A stretch of DNA of 64,000 bases from Candidatus Latescibacterota bacterium (lineage in GTDB: Bacteria > Latescibacterota > UBA2968 > UBA8231). Under the pieces are notes generated by a model. It saw only the letters and a list, made by a program, of their open reading frames with translations. It did no database searches and was not told the DNA's origin. The position numbers and the translations under genes are program-made. The stretch covers positions 2,272,001 to 2,336,000 of the forward strand of contig OZ242005.1 in NCBI GenBank assembly GCA_965204725.1. Reading direction: 5' to 3'. Positions 1-12,476 of the stretch are shown here, in pieces (position 1 is the stretch's first letter; the number at the start of each line of letters is the position of its first letter).

Positions 1-2
1 AC

Positions 3-968
3 CACCCGCGCACCCGCGCCCTACTCAAGCGCTTCCCCCGCGCTCAGTTCGTCCCCTGCGCCCGCTACGGCGAGGTTTTCAACCGCGCGGCGCAAAACTT
101 CCGTCTGCAAAAGCACCGCCCCGCGCTCATCCTCGCTCACAAGGCCGGGCGGCGCGTCCTCCCGGCCCCGGACGGCTACGGCATCGGCGGCGAGCGCAAT
201 TACTACTTTTCGCACCTGCTCAACTGCCCCTACGACTGCCGCTACTGCTTCCTCCAAGGGCTGTATCGCTCGGCGCACCTAGTCCTCTTTGTCAACTACG
301 AGGACTTCCAACAGGACATCGCCGCGCACATCGCCGCCGCACCCGACGCGCCCTATTTCTTTTCTGGCTACGACTGCGACAGCCTCGCGCTAGAGGGCAT
401 TACCCACTTTACAGCCGACTTCCTCCCGTTTATTGCCGACCATCCGCAGGCGTACTTTGAGCTGCGCACCAAGAGCGTCCGCATCAAGACCCTGCTCGCC
501 ACCCAAGCACTGCCCAACTGCGTCGTCGCCTTCAGCATGACCCCGCCGGCCCTAGCCGACCAATTCGAGGTCGGCGCACCGGCCGTAGCCCGGCGTTTGC
601 AGGCCATCGCCGCCCTGCAGGAGCGCGGTTGGCCCATCGGGCTGCGCTTTGACCCGCTGATCTACGACCGCGCCTACGAAGAGCGTTACCGCGACCTATT
701 CGCTCTCGTGTTTTCCCAAATCCGCCGCGACGGCCTGCACTCGGTCAGTTTGGGCCAGTTCCGCCTGCCGCAGGGCCTGTACAAGACCATGCACAAGCTC
801 TACCCAGACGAAAAGCTCCTCGCGTACGGCTTGGAGGAAAAAGACGGCATGGTCTCCTATCGGCCCGCCTTGGCCAAAAGGCTCCACGACTTTTGCGCGG
901 ACCAATTGCTGCAGTACATTCCCGCCGCGCTTTTCTTCCCCTGCCCCTCCACCACCCTACAGGTCTGA
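3..968 (+). CDS. Spore photoproduct lyase (SPL)-family radical SAM protein, 5'-truncated by the window edge
   Basis: The frame of ORF 537..968 is open back to base 3. It reads ...NFRLQKHRPALILA...NYYFSHLLNCPYDCRYCFLQG (CxxxCxxC), then FELRTKS and GLRFDPLI, typical of the SPL-like family. Confidence 0.8.
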   Translation, partial: HPRTRALLKRFPRAQFVPCARYGEVFNRAAQNFRLQKHRPALILAHKAGRRVLPAPDGYGIGGERNYYFSHLLNCPYDCRYCFLQGLYRSAHLVLFVNYEDFQQDIAAHIAAAPDAPYFFSGYDCDSLALEGITHFTADFLPFIADHPQAYFELRTKSVRIKTLLATQALPNCVVAFSMTPPALADQFEVGAPAVARRLQAIAALQERGWPIGLRFDPLIYDRAYEERYRDLFALVFSQIRRDGLHSVSLGQFRLPQGLYKTMHKLYPDEKLLAYGLEEKDGMVSYRPALAKRLHDFCADQLLQYIPAALFFPCPSTTLQV

Positions 969-969
969 T

Positions 970-1680
970 ATGCGCGTCTTAGTCACCGGGGCCAGTTCCG
1001 GCATTGGCCGCGCCGTCTGCGAAAGGTTGCTCGCCAGCGGCCATCGCGCCATCGGCATCGCCCGCAACTTGGGCAAATTCCCCTGTGACCACGCTCGTTA
1101 TCAGGCGCATGCCATAGATCTAGCCGCGCTCGACGAACTCCCCGAGCACCTAAAAGCACTCGGGGCGATGTATCCCCAGCTCGACGCCTTAGTCCTCAAC
1201 GCCGGCGTCGGCCGCTTCGGCGCACTAGAGCAATTCTCCTACGACCAAATCCGCGCCCTGATCGATCTCAACTTCACCAGTCACGTCTTCGTCGCCCGTG
1301 CCTTCCTGCCCACCCTCAAAAAAGCCGGGCGCGGGCACTTGGTCTTTACAGGCTCGGAAGCCGCGCTTGCCGGCACGGCCCAAGGCAGCTTGTACTGCGC
1401 GGCCAAATTCGCCCTGCGCGGGTTTGCCCAAGCCCTGCGCGCCGAGTGCGCCCGCGCCGGCGTCCGCGTCACGGTGGTCAACCCCGGCATGGTCCAGTCC
1501 CCTTTTTTTGACGAATTGGACTTCCGGCCCGGGCCGGCCCCGGACAATTACATCCTGCCAGCCGACGTCGCCGAGGTCATCGTCCAAGCCCTGACCGCCC
1601 GCGATGGCACCGTACTCGACGAGATCAACCTCTCGCCGCAAAAAAAAGTGATCGAGTTTGGCGCACGGGAGAAAAAGTAA
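970..1680 (+). CDS. Short-chain dehydrogenase/reductase (SDR)
   Basis: TGASSGIG nucleotide-binding motif, LNAG, catalytic YCAAK (YxxxK). Starts 1 nt after the upstream stop. Confidence 0.9.
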   Translation: MRVLVTGASSGIGRAVCERLLASGHRAIGIARNLGKFPCDHARYQAHAIDLAALDELPEHLKALGAMYPQLDALVLNAGVGRFGALEQFSYDQIRALIDLNFTSHVFVARAFLPTLKKAGRGHLVFTGSEAALAGTAQGSLYCAAKFALRGFAQALRAECARAGVRVTVVNPGMVQSPFFDELDFRPGPAPDNYILPADVAEVIVQALTARDGTVLDEINLSPQKKVIEFGAREKK

Positions 1681-1783
1681 CAGCCGATAGCTACTGGGTG
1701 TTTCGCGAGTAGCCCCCGTTGTTGCGGTTCAATCCAACCCCTACCTTCTTAGTAGCTTGCTCACGCCTCCGAAGGAATCATAA

Positions 1784-2794
1784 ATGCGCCCAGTCTTTCT
1801 CCTGCTCCTGACCTTGCTGCCCGGCGTCCTCTTAGCCCAAGAGCGGCCGCCGACGCCGGTCATCGTCGCCGAGGTTCTCGAACAACCGCTCGTCCAAGAC
1901 CTCTCCTTTGTCGGGCACATCCAGCCGCGGCGCTCCAGCCGCGTCGCCGCGGAGACCGAGGGGCAAGTGGTCGAGCGTTTCAAAGACGCCGGCCAAGCCG
2001 TGCATACTGGCGACCCCCTCTTTGCACTAGCCAACGATCCGCTCCGCGCCGCACTGGCCGAAGCGCAGGCCGATTTCGCGCTGCGGCAGTTCAACCACGA
2101 CCGCAGCCGCCAGTTGCGCCCCACCGACGGGGTCTCCGAGCAGGACCTGCGCTACCACGCCTACGAACTGGCCCGCGCCGAAGCCAAGCTAACCGGGCTT
2201 CAAGCCCAAGTAGCAAACCTCCTCGTCCGCGCCCCGTTCTCCGGGCACATCATCCGCACCTTTACCGAGGTGGGCCAGTGGGTCGGGCGCGGCGGCGAAA
2301 TAGCGCAGGTCATCTCCATCGACACGGTCCGCGTCATCGTCGAGGTGCCCGAGCGCCACGTGCCGCAACTGGCCTTGGGCGACCGCGTCGCCATCGTCGT
2401 CGATGCCCTCGGCAGCGATCCCATCGCCGGCCTCGTGACCGCCATCCTCGCCGAGGGCTACGCCTCCTCGCGCACCTTCCCGGTCGTCGTCGAGGCCGCC
2501 AACCCAAAAGGCCGGATGCGCAGCAACATGTCCGCCCGGGTGCGCTTCCAGATCGCGCCGACCGAGGCATCGCTCCTCGTGCATAAGGACGCCCTAGTCT
2601 CCAGCCCGCAAGGGCCAGTCGTGTACCTCGCCCGCGACGGCAAGGCCGTGCAGCACTCGGTCGAAACCGGGCTGGCGCACAAGGGCTACGTGGCCGTTGC
2701 CGGCGAACTCGCGCCCGGCGACCTAGCGGTGGTGCGCGGCAATGAGCGGCTGACAGACGGCCAAGCCGTGCGCATCATCCGCCGGCAGCCCTAG
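1784..2794 (+). CDS. RND efflux periplasmic adaptor (membrane fusion protein)
   Basis: Signal peptide, lipoyl-like halves (G-V...G..V..GDPLF; VRAPFSG...GQWV), SRTFPV, C-terminal GD..VVRG. Directly upstream of an RND permease. Confidence 0.9.
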   Translation: MRPVFLLLLTLLPGVLLAQERPPTPVIVAEVLEQPLVQDLSFVGHIQPRRSSRVAAETEGQVVERFKDAGQAVHTGDPLFALANDPLRAALAEAQADFALRQFNHDRSRQLRPTDGVSEQDLRYHAYELARAEAKLTGLQAQVANLLVRAPFSGHIIRTFTEVGQWVGRGGEIAQVISIDTVRVIVEVPERHVPQLALGDRVAIVVDALGSDPIAGLVTAILAEGYASSRTFPVVVEAANPKGRMRSNMSARVRFQIAPTEASLLVHKDALVSSPQGPVVYLARDGKAVQHSVETGLAHKGYVAVAGELAPGDLAVVRGNERLTDGQAVRIIRRQP

Positions 2795-2800
2795 TCCGTC

Positions 2801-5941
<3,141 letters not shown>

Positions 5942-5996
5942 GAAGCGCGGGTCGCGGCCTATGCTCGCCCTCGCCCTTTGATCCTGCCAAACGTGT

Positions 5997-6037
5997 TTGA
6001 CACGGATATTCTGGGAATATACTTTGTTTCCCAGAAT
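5997..6037 (+). promoter_or_regulatory. Putative sigma70 promoter of the methyltransferase, with a 10-bp inverted repeat flanking the -10 box
   Basis: TTGACA (5997-6002) and TATACT (6018-6023), 15-nt spacing. Perfect IR ATTCTGGGAA (6008-6017) / TTCCCAGAAT (6028-6037). Confidence 0.55.
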
Positions 6038-6053
6038 GTGAAGGAGAAAGGCA

Positions 6054-8879
6054 ATGTCGAGCAAGGCAAGATACCTGTATGAAACGGAGCTTGGTGCGTC
6101 CCTTGTCCGCGAAGAAGAAGGTCCGTACTCGCTCAACTGGGAGGAAGCATTTCCTCAGTACGAAGAGATTGATTCCCTCAATGACCTCCAAAATGCGGAG
6201 CGCGTCGCAAATGCCTTTCAGACGATAGATTGGTCGTTTACGACCGACAACACGGGTTTCCTAACCCATGACCTGCATCCGTATCCCGCAAAATTCATTC
6301 CTCAGCTACCCGGCACCTGTATCGCTCAGCTATCGTTCCCCGGCGAGCTAGTGCTCGATCCATTTGGCGGCAGCGGTACTACCGCCTTAGAAGCCGTTCG
6401 CTTAGGGCGAAGGGCACTGAGCGTTGACGCCAATGCAGTGGGGGCTCTGATCGGGCGCGTAAAAACCAGCAACTTGGACCGCAAAGCCGCTATGGACCTC
6501 CACACCATTCGCAGTTCTCTGACCACTTATTTCTTCGATCTTCCCGATGCTAAATCCCTGTGTGCTGCAAATGCCGAATACATACCAGATATACCCAATA
6601 TCGATAAGTGGTTCCCGATCACTGCACGGGGCGAACTGGCTTTAATCAGGTCGCGCATTGCGAGGATTGCCCGCGAGAAGGCCCGCGACGTGGCCTTGCT
6701 TGCCCTTTCGCGTATTGTTCTAGCGGCCTCGTTCCAAGACTCTGAGACTCGCTATACGAGCAAGCCGCGTGATATACCGCAAGGCGAGGTCTTAAAGCGG
6801 TTCCTCGGCGCCCTCGATAGGATCATTCGCAATATAGTTAGGACGCAGGCCGTGCTGCGGTACGGTGTCTGCACCTTCACAACGGCCGATGCGCGCAAGT
6901 TGGGACATGGGGTATGCGGGCCTGAGACCATCGACCTGATTGTCACGTCTCCACCCTACGGAAACGCGACAGACTACCACCTTTATCATCGCTTTCGGCT
7001 GCTGTGGTTGGGATACAATCCGCGCGAACTCGCAAAGATCGAAATTGGCTCTCACCTTCGCCATCAGAAGGAGGCCTCCGGGTTTGCTGAGTACCGCGCG
7101 GAGATGCAACAAAGCTTGTCCGGGATGCACCGTCTCTTGAAGCCTGGCAGGTATGCCGTGCTCATCGTAGGGGACGCGATCTATAAGAAAGTCCTTTATC
7201 CAGCGGCCGAGGCTCTGAGCGACTCAGCAGAAAAAATTGGCTTTGAAAGCGTTTGTATCGCAGAGCGAGCAATCCATTCGTCAAAGCGCTCCTTCACGGC
7301 GGCTGGGAGAAGAGCCACTACGGAGAAACTTCTCGTCATCCGCAAGCCCCCTAAGAAGGTATCCCTATGGTTGGCGTCTCCCCCGTACAAATTGTGGCCC
7401 TACGAAGACGCGCTGAGAAAACGCGAAATTGAGTCCGTAGTAGGCGTTCCAATAACCCAAGGCCCCAGCCTAGCGTTGGACCCCTATTCCGCGACGAAGA
7501 CTCGCCAACTCGTATTTACTCACGGATTTGGACTGACGGCGTTTGACAGCGAGCCTACGTGGCAAGCTATCCTCGAAAACGGCTTCGCCCGACAATCTTC
7601 GGCCCGCAAAGACCCCAAGTACGTCACGCATGGCCTACACCCCTACAAGGGGAAGTTCTATCCGCAACTTGCCAAGGGGTTGATGAATGTTTGTGCTCTC
7701 CGGGCGGGTGCCACCGTATTCGACCCATTCTGCGGGAGCGGTACAACGCTCTTGGAAGGCTATCTGAATGGGCAATGGACGCTTGGTTGCGACATCAATC
7801 CGCTCGCGGCCCAGATCGCCAGAGCAAAGACGGGTATTCTCGAAGTAAATCCCGACATCGTGCGAGAAACACTCGGCGTCCTAGTCGGTATGATTGAGGA
7901 TGCTCCAGCCCAGCCAGCAGAAGGGGGGGATCAGTTTGACCCAAGTTGTCTGAACGAGATTTACAGGTGGTTTTCCACTCCAATTATCTCAAAGCTAAAT
8001 TGGCTTCTCGGTGCGATCCGATCTGTTAGCGAAGGTGTCGTGCGGGATTTTCTACAAGTGGTTTTGAGCAGCATCATCCGCGAGGTTTCACAGCAAGCCC
8101 CCAACGACTTGAGGATCCGGCGCAGGAAGGAGCCTATCGCGGACGCCGATGTGTTCAAAATGTACCTTGAGGCCCTCGATTCTCAATACACGCGCATTGA
8201 GAAATTCTGGGCCGTGCGCGGCTATTGTCCGCATCGGTTCCGTCCTAGCAGGGTTGTCGAAGGGGACGCCCGCACTCAAAAGACCTTCGAGGCCCTCGGT
8301 CTTACAGAAAACAGCGTGGATCTTGTACTTACAAGTCCACCGTATGCTACGGCCCTTCCATATATTGATACGGATAGGCTATCGCTCCTCATACTATTCG
8401 GAATGGACTCGTCGGCTCGGCGGCCCATTGAACAGGGCCTTATTGGCAGCCGTGAGATCGCGACTAAAGAGCGACGCCGATTGGAGCAGGCCATAACGGC
8501 CAGCGAGGGCGTCTTACCCAAAACCACTCATAACTATCTTCAGGATCTACACGCCCGGATCGCCCAAGCAGATGTTGGTTTCCGACGCAAGAATATGCCC
8601 GCTTTGTTGCAGCGGTTCTTTCAGGACATGGCATTGGTACTGAAGAATTGCCGTCGCGTTCTCCGCCCAAGCGGTGAAGCGATGATCGTCATTGGCGACA
8701 ACCGCATGCGCGTGGACGGTGCATACGAACGAATTCCCACGACGGACTTTGTTCAGGACATCGCAATACACTGCGGAATGGAGCTAATCGAGCGGATCGA
8801 TATCTCCGTGACAACAGAAAACTTAGTTCACATAAAAAACGCAATCACTGAAAATGTAGTATTGCGCCTAAAGGCTTAA
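6054..8879 (+). CDS. Fused tandem site-specific DNA methyltransferase (two amino-MTase domains, likely N4-cytosine)
   Basis: Two complete motif sets: THDLHPYPAKF/LDPFGGSGTT/VTSPPY and THGLHPYKGKF/FDPFCGSGTT/LTSPPY. Visibly lower GC than its neighbours. Confidence 0.9.
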   Translation: MSSKARYLYETELGASLVREEEGPYSLNWEEAFPQYEEIDSLNDLQNAERVANAFQTIDWSFTTDNTGFLTHDLHPYPAKFIPQLPGTCIAQLSFPGELVLDPFGGSGTTALEAVRLGRRALSVDANAVGALIGRVKTSNLDRKAAMDLHTIRSSLTTYFFDLPDAKSLCAANAEYIPDIPNIDKWFPITARGELALIRSRIARIAREKARDVALLALSRIVLAASFQDSETRYTSKPRDIPQGEVLKRFLGALDRIIRNIVRTQAVLRYGVCTFTTADARKLGHGVCGPETIDLIVTSPPYGNATDYHLYHRFRLLWLGYNPRELAKIEIGSHLRHQKEASGFAEYRAEMQQSLSGMHRLLKPGRYAVLIVGDAIYKKVLYPAAEALSDSAEKIGFESVCIAERAIHSSKRSFTAAGRRATTEKLLVIRKPPKKVSLWLASPPYKLWPYEDALRKREIESVVGVPITQGPSLALDPYSATKTRQLVFTHGFGLTAFDSEPTWQAILENGFARQSSARKDPKYVTHGLHPYKGKFYPQLAKGLMNVCALRAGATVFDPFCGSGTTLLEGYLNGQWTLGCDINPLAAQIARAKTGILEVNPDIVRETLGVLVGMIEDAPAQPAEGGDQFDPSCLNEIYRWFSTPIISKLNWLLGAIRSVSEGVVRDFLQVVLSSIIREVSQQAPNDLRIRRRKEPIADADVFKMYLEALDSQYTRIEKFWAVRGYCPHRFRPSRVVEGDARTQKTFEALGLTENSVDLVLTSPPYATALPYIDTDRLSLLILFGMDSSARRPIEQGLIGSREIATKERRRLEQAITASEGVLPKTTHNYLQDLHARIAQADVGFRRKNMPALLQRFFQDMALVLKNCRRVLRPSGEAMIVIGDNRMRVDGAYERIPTTDFVQDIAIHCGMELIERIDISVTTENLVHIKNAITENVVLRLKA

Positions 8880-8885
8880 ACCCGT

Positions 8886-9155
8886 TCAGGCATAGCCAAA
8901 GCACCTTGTACTGCTGCGGACGGGCTGCGTACACGCCTTGATCCAGTCTCTATATTCTGACGTCTGCTGACGTGCCAGTACACATTCGTACTCCGCATCA
9001 GGTTCGGCGATTTGCCGTTTTACGCGCATAACGGCTTGAACGCTCACAAAGGCTGAAACAAAAACAATGCTCGACGCCGGAGGATGGGCGTCGAGCATAT
9101 TCGACAGCGCGGTTCCCAACTGGTTATCCGGTTGGGCTATGTAGTCGATGCGCAA
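8886..9155 (-). pseudogene. Probable internally deleted remnant of a PLD-type restriction endonuclease
   Basis: 89-aa ORF convergent on the MTase. The N-terminus (MRIDYIAQP...IVFVSAFVS) resembles the start of PLD-nuclease domains and is joined to a short C-terminal piece (...STRCFGYA). No HxK motif is present. Confidence 0.45.
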
Positions 9156-9180
9156 GATGTGCTCCGCTTCCCTCGCGCCG

Positions 9181-9801
9181 CTAAAAAGACAGCTTCAACC
9201 GCAGGGCAGGGACGGCCGCTTCGCGCCCGGGCAAAGCACCGAGCTCTACGTTGGTGGCCAGCTTGTTGATCGATTGGACTTGGTCGCGCAGGTGGGCCAA
9301 GGACGCAATTTTGACCCACGCCGACAGGGGCATCCAACCGGCTGCTGTCTCCGCGCCGGTCAAAAGGGCCGTTCCCACAGCCGTCACCGTAAAGCCCATG
9401 AGCGCGAGCCCCTGTTTGTGCTCCCCAATGTAGAAATAGCCTGCGCCCGGCACAGGTAGCTCTAGCAGAAAGGCCACCAGCCCGGACTTTGGCCGTTGGT
9501 ACGCGGCGTGACGCGCCTGAATCCGCTGCGGCCCCAGCGTGCGCAACGAGCGAATCTCGGCCAGCGAGTATGCGGCCTCCCGCTCCTGCAAGGCACCAAC
9601 GACCTCGACGACCGCCACCGAATCCGCCTCGAGCTCCTCCACGCGCAACGAGCGCACTCGGCCATCGGTAAACGTGGCTTCGCCCCACGCCGCTTCGGCC
9701 TGCATTGTTTGCAGCAGGTGCCGCACCTGTTCGGCCTCCATGGCCGCCTCAGCCCCGCGCACCACCAGCAGGATCGCCGGCAACCAAATCCATAGTCGCA
9801 T
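9181..9801 (-). CDS. Secreted/membrane hypothetical protein with a TM2/DUF5683-like PGxGxxYxG segment
   Basis: Signal peptide (MRLWIWLPAILLVVRGAEA), VPGAGYFYIG motif, C-terminal LRLKLSF. RBS GAGGTG precedes ATG 9801. Confidence 0.6.
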   Translation of the reverse strand: MRLWIWLPAILLVVRGAEAAMEAEQVRHLLQTMQAEAAWGEATFTDGRVRSLRVEELEADSVAVVEVVGALQEREAAYSLAEIRSLRTLGPQRIQARHAAYQRPKSGLVAFLLELPVPGAGYFYIGEHKQGLALMGFTVTAVGTALLTGAETAAGWMPLSAWVKIASLAHLRDQVQSINKLATNVELGALPGREAAVPALRLKLSF

Positions 9802-9929
9802 GTTCCACCTCATTGTGAATGTCGATTTTGCTTCTCAATCTACCCGCCGCCTCTTCCTCTTGTCAAGCCGCCACGCCCCCCGCAGTCCGTTGCTCGCCCA
9901 AGCGTCAACCCCTATCTTCAAACCCTCTC

Positions 9930-10715
9930 ATGCAAGCCCAACTCCAACAAGCCATAGCAGCCACGCGCGAGGCCGGGGCACTGACCTTGCAGTACTTCGG
10001 CGGGTCGCTCGAAGTCGCGTACAAAGACCGGGGCGATCCGCTGACGGCGGCTGACCTCCAAGCCGACGCGTACCTCAAGCAAGCCCTGCGCGACCTGCGC
10101 CCAGACTGCGGCTGGCTCTCCGAAGAGACGGTCGATGACCGCCAACGCCTCACAAAGGAAGCCGTGTGGATCGTCGATCCAATCGACGGCACGCGCGAGT
10201 TTGTCGAAGGCATTCCCGAATACGTGGTCGCCGTGGCCCTAGTCGAAGGCGGTGTGCCGACCCTAGCGGTTATCTACAACCCCGCGCAAGAGGAAGTCTT
10301 TGCCGCCGTATCGGGCAGCGGCACCTTCCGCAACGGGCAGCGCGTGTTTTGCAGCGAGGTCCAATCCCTCAGCCAAGCTGTGGTCGTCGTCAGCCGCAGC
10401 GAGACCAAACGGGGCGAGATTGACCCCTTTCGCCCACACCTCGGCGCAATCCGCCCGGTTGGCAGCGTCGCATACAAGCTGGCCTTAGTCGCGGCCGGGG
10501 CCTGCGACCTCAACTTTAGCGTTCAAGACAAAAATGAGTGGGACGTTTGCGCGGGCGACCTGCTGGTGCGCGAGGCGGGCGGCCTCATGCACACGCGCGA
10601 TCGCCAAGTGCGGACCTACAACCAAGCAGACCCCCTCATCCGCAACGGCCTCGCGGCCGGCAACGCGCTGTTGGTATCGCACATTCTTAGGCTAATGCAC
10701 GAGCAAAAGCCATGA
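9930..10715 (+). CDS. cysQ: Inositol monophosphatase family protein (CysQ-like 3',5'-bisphosphate nucleotidase)
   Basis: PLTAADL, LSEE, WIVDPIDGTREF and EWDVCAGDLLVREAGG motifs. Confidence 0.8.
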   Translation: MQAQLQQAIAATREAGALTLQYFGGSLEVAYKDRGDPLTAADLQADAYLKQALRDLRPDCGWLSEETVDDRQRLTKEAVWIVDPIDGTREFVEGIPEYVVAVALVEGGVPTLAVIYNPAQEEVFAAVSGSGTFRNGQRVFCSEVQSLSQAVVVVSRSETKRGEIDPFRPHLGAIRPVGSVAYKLALVAAGACDLNFSVQDKNEWDVCAGDLLVREAGGLMHTRDRQVRTYNQADPLIRNGLAAGNALLVSHILRLMHEQKP

Positions 10716-12412
10716 CAACGGCCCGGATCGCAGCGGATTTTGTCGAAGAGTACGCCACCCTCCTAGAGCTCAGTGGGGCTTCTCCCTTCCGGGTCCGCGC
10801 CTACGCAAACGCCGTGCGCGCCCTCAAAACCCTACCGGCTCCGCTTGACGAGCTCCTCGCGGCCGGGACCCTGACCGAGGTCAAAGGCATCGGCGACAGC
10901 GTGGCTGAACTCGTCGCCGAGTTCGCCGACACCGGCACCGCCCAAGCCTACGAAAAGCTGCGGGCCGCAACGCCCGAGGGGCTGCTCGACATGCTGCGGG
11001 TCCCGAACTTGGGGCCGCGCAAGATCAACGCCATCCGCCAAGCCCTCGGCATTGAAACCCTCAACGCGCTCGAACAAGCCGGCCGCGCCGGCCAACTCGC
11101 CGCCCTCAAGGGCTTTGGCGCCAAGACCCAAGCAAGCATTCTCAAGGGAATCGAGTACATCCGCGCCCACGAGGGGCACTGCCGAGTTGATACCGCGCAC
11201 CAAAGCACTCAAAGCCTGCTCGCCGCCCTGCGCCCCCACGCCCAGCAACTCGCCGTTGCCGGACCGCTGCGCCGAGCGCGGGAGACGGTCCAACAGCTCG
11301 ACTTCGTAATCAGCACCTCCGACGCAGAGGCTGCGACTGCGGCCTTTGCCGCCCACCCAGAGGTCGCCGAAGTCCTCGCGCCGAGCGCCGGTAGGCTGTC
11401 CAGCGGGCTGCGAGCCAACTTGCACGTAGTCCCCAGCGACGCCTTCCCGGCCGCCCTCCACTACTACACAGGCAGCGAGGAACACCGCGCCGCCCTGTGT
11501 GCCAAGGCCGCCGAGCGCGGACTAGTCCTCGATGAACGCGGCCTCTGGCGCGGCGATGAGCGCGTCGAGTGCGCGGATGAAGCGGCCTTGTTTGCCGCCT
11601 TGGGCCTCGCTTACATCCCGCCGGAGTTGCGCGAGAACCGAGGCGAAGTTGAGGCGGCTGCCGCCGATGCACTGCCCGCGCTGGTAACGGCCGCCGACAT
11701 TCGCGGCCTGCTCCACCTGCATTCGACGTATTCGGATGGGGCCGACAGCCTAGAGGCCATGGCCAGCGCCGTGCGGGACCGCGGCTTTGATTACATGGGC
11801 ATTGCCGACCACAGCCAGACCGCGGCCTACGCCGGGGGGCTTAGCGTTACAGAAGTCCAGCGTCAGTGGGAGGAGATCGACCGGCTCAACGAGGCGTTGG
11901 CGCCCTTCCGCATCTTCAAGGGCATTGAGTCGGATATCCGCGGCGACGGCTCGCTCGACTACGACGACGACCTGCTGGCCCAATTCGACTTCGTGGTCGT
12001 CTCAGTCCATTCGCAGTTCAACCTGAGCCGCGACGCCATGACCGCCCGCATCGTCCGCGCCATCGAGCACCCGGCGGCCACCATCGTCGGCCATCCAACC
12101 GGGCGGTTGCTCCTCGACCGCGCAGGCTACGCCATCGAGGTCGAACCCATCATCGAAGCCGCCGCCCGCTGTGGAGTCGCCCTCGAAATCAACGCGCATC
12201 CAGCGCGGCTCGACCTCGACTGGCGGCACGTCAAAAAGGCGCGCGACCGCGGCGTCCAAATCGCCGTCAACACCGACGCCCACAGCGTCGCCAGCCTAGA
12301 CCACCTCGGCTACGGCATCGGCATCGCCCGCAAGGGCTGGCTCCGCGCCCCCGACATCCTCAACGCACTCAGCCGCGAAGCCATTGCCGTTTGGTTCCAA
12401 AGCGAAACATGA
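10712..12412 (+). CDS. polX: DNA polymerase X family / PHP-domain protein
   Basis: FRVRAY 8-kDa domain, HhH motifs, YYTGS, YIPPELRE, and PHP motifs HLHSTYSDG, DHS, HPTGR, NTDAH. Confidence 0.92.
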   Translation: MTTARIAADFVEEYATLLELSGASPFRVRAYANAVRALKTLPAPLDELLAAGTLTEVKGIGDSVAELVAEFADTGTAQAYEKLRAATPEGLLDMLRVPNLGPRKINAIRQALGIETLNALEQAGRAGQLAALKGFGAKTQASILKGIEYIRAHEGHCRVDTAHQSTQSLLAALRPHAQQLAVAGPLRRARETVQQLDFVISTSDAEAATAAFAAHPEVAEVLAPSAGRLSSGLRANLHVVPSDAFPAALHYYTGSEEHRAALCAKAAERGLVLDERGLWRGDERVECADEAALFAALGLAYIPPELRENRGEVEAAAADALPALVTAADIRGLLHLHSTYSDGADSLEAMASAVRDRGFDYMGIADHSQTAAYAGGLSVTEVQRQWEEIDRLNEALAPFRIFKGIESDIRGDGSLDYDDDLLAQFDFVVVSVHSQFNLSRDAMTARIVRAIEHPAATIVGHPTGRLLLDRAGYAIEVEPIIEAAARCGVALEINAHPARLDLDWRHVKKARDRGVQIAVNTDAHSVASLDHLGYGIGIARKGWLRAPDILNALSREAIAVWFQSET

Positions 12413-12476
12413 CCCAGAGCGGATCCATCGGTTGCTCAAGCGAAAAAATAAAGAAAAAGAGTCTTAAAAAGGCTTC

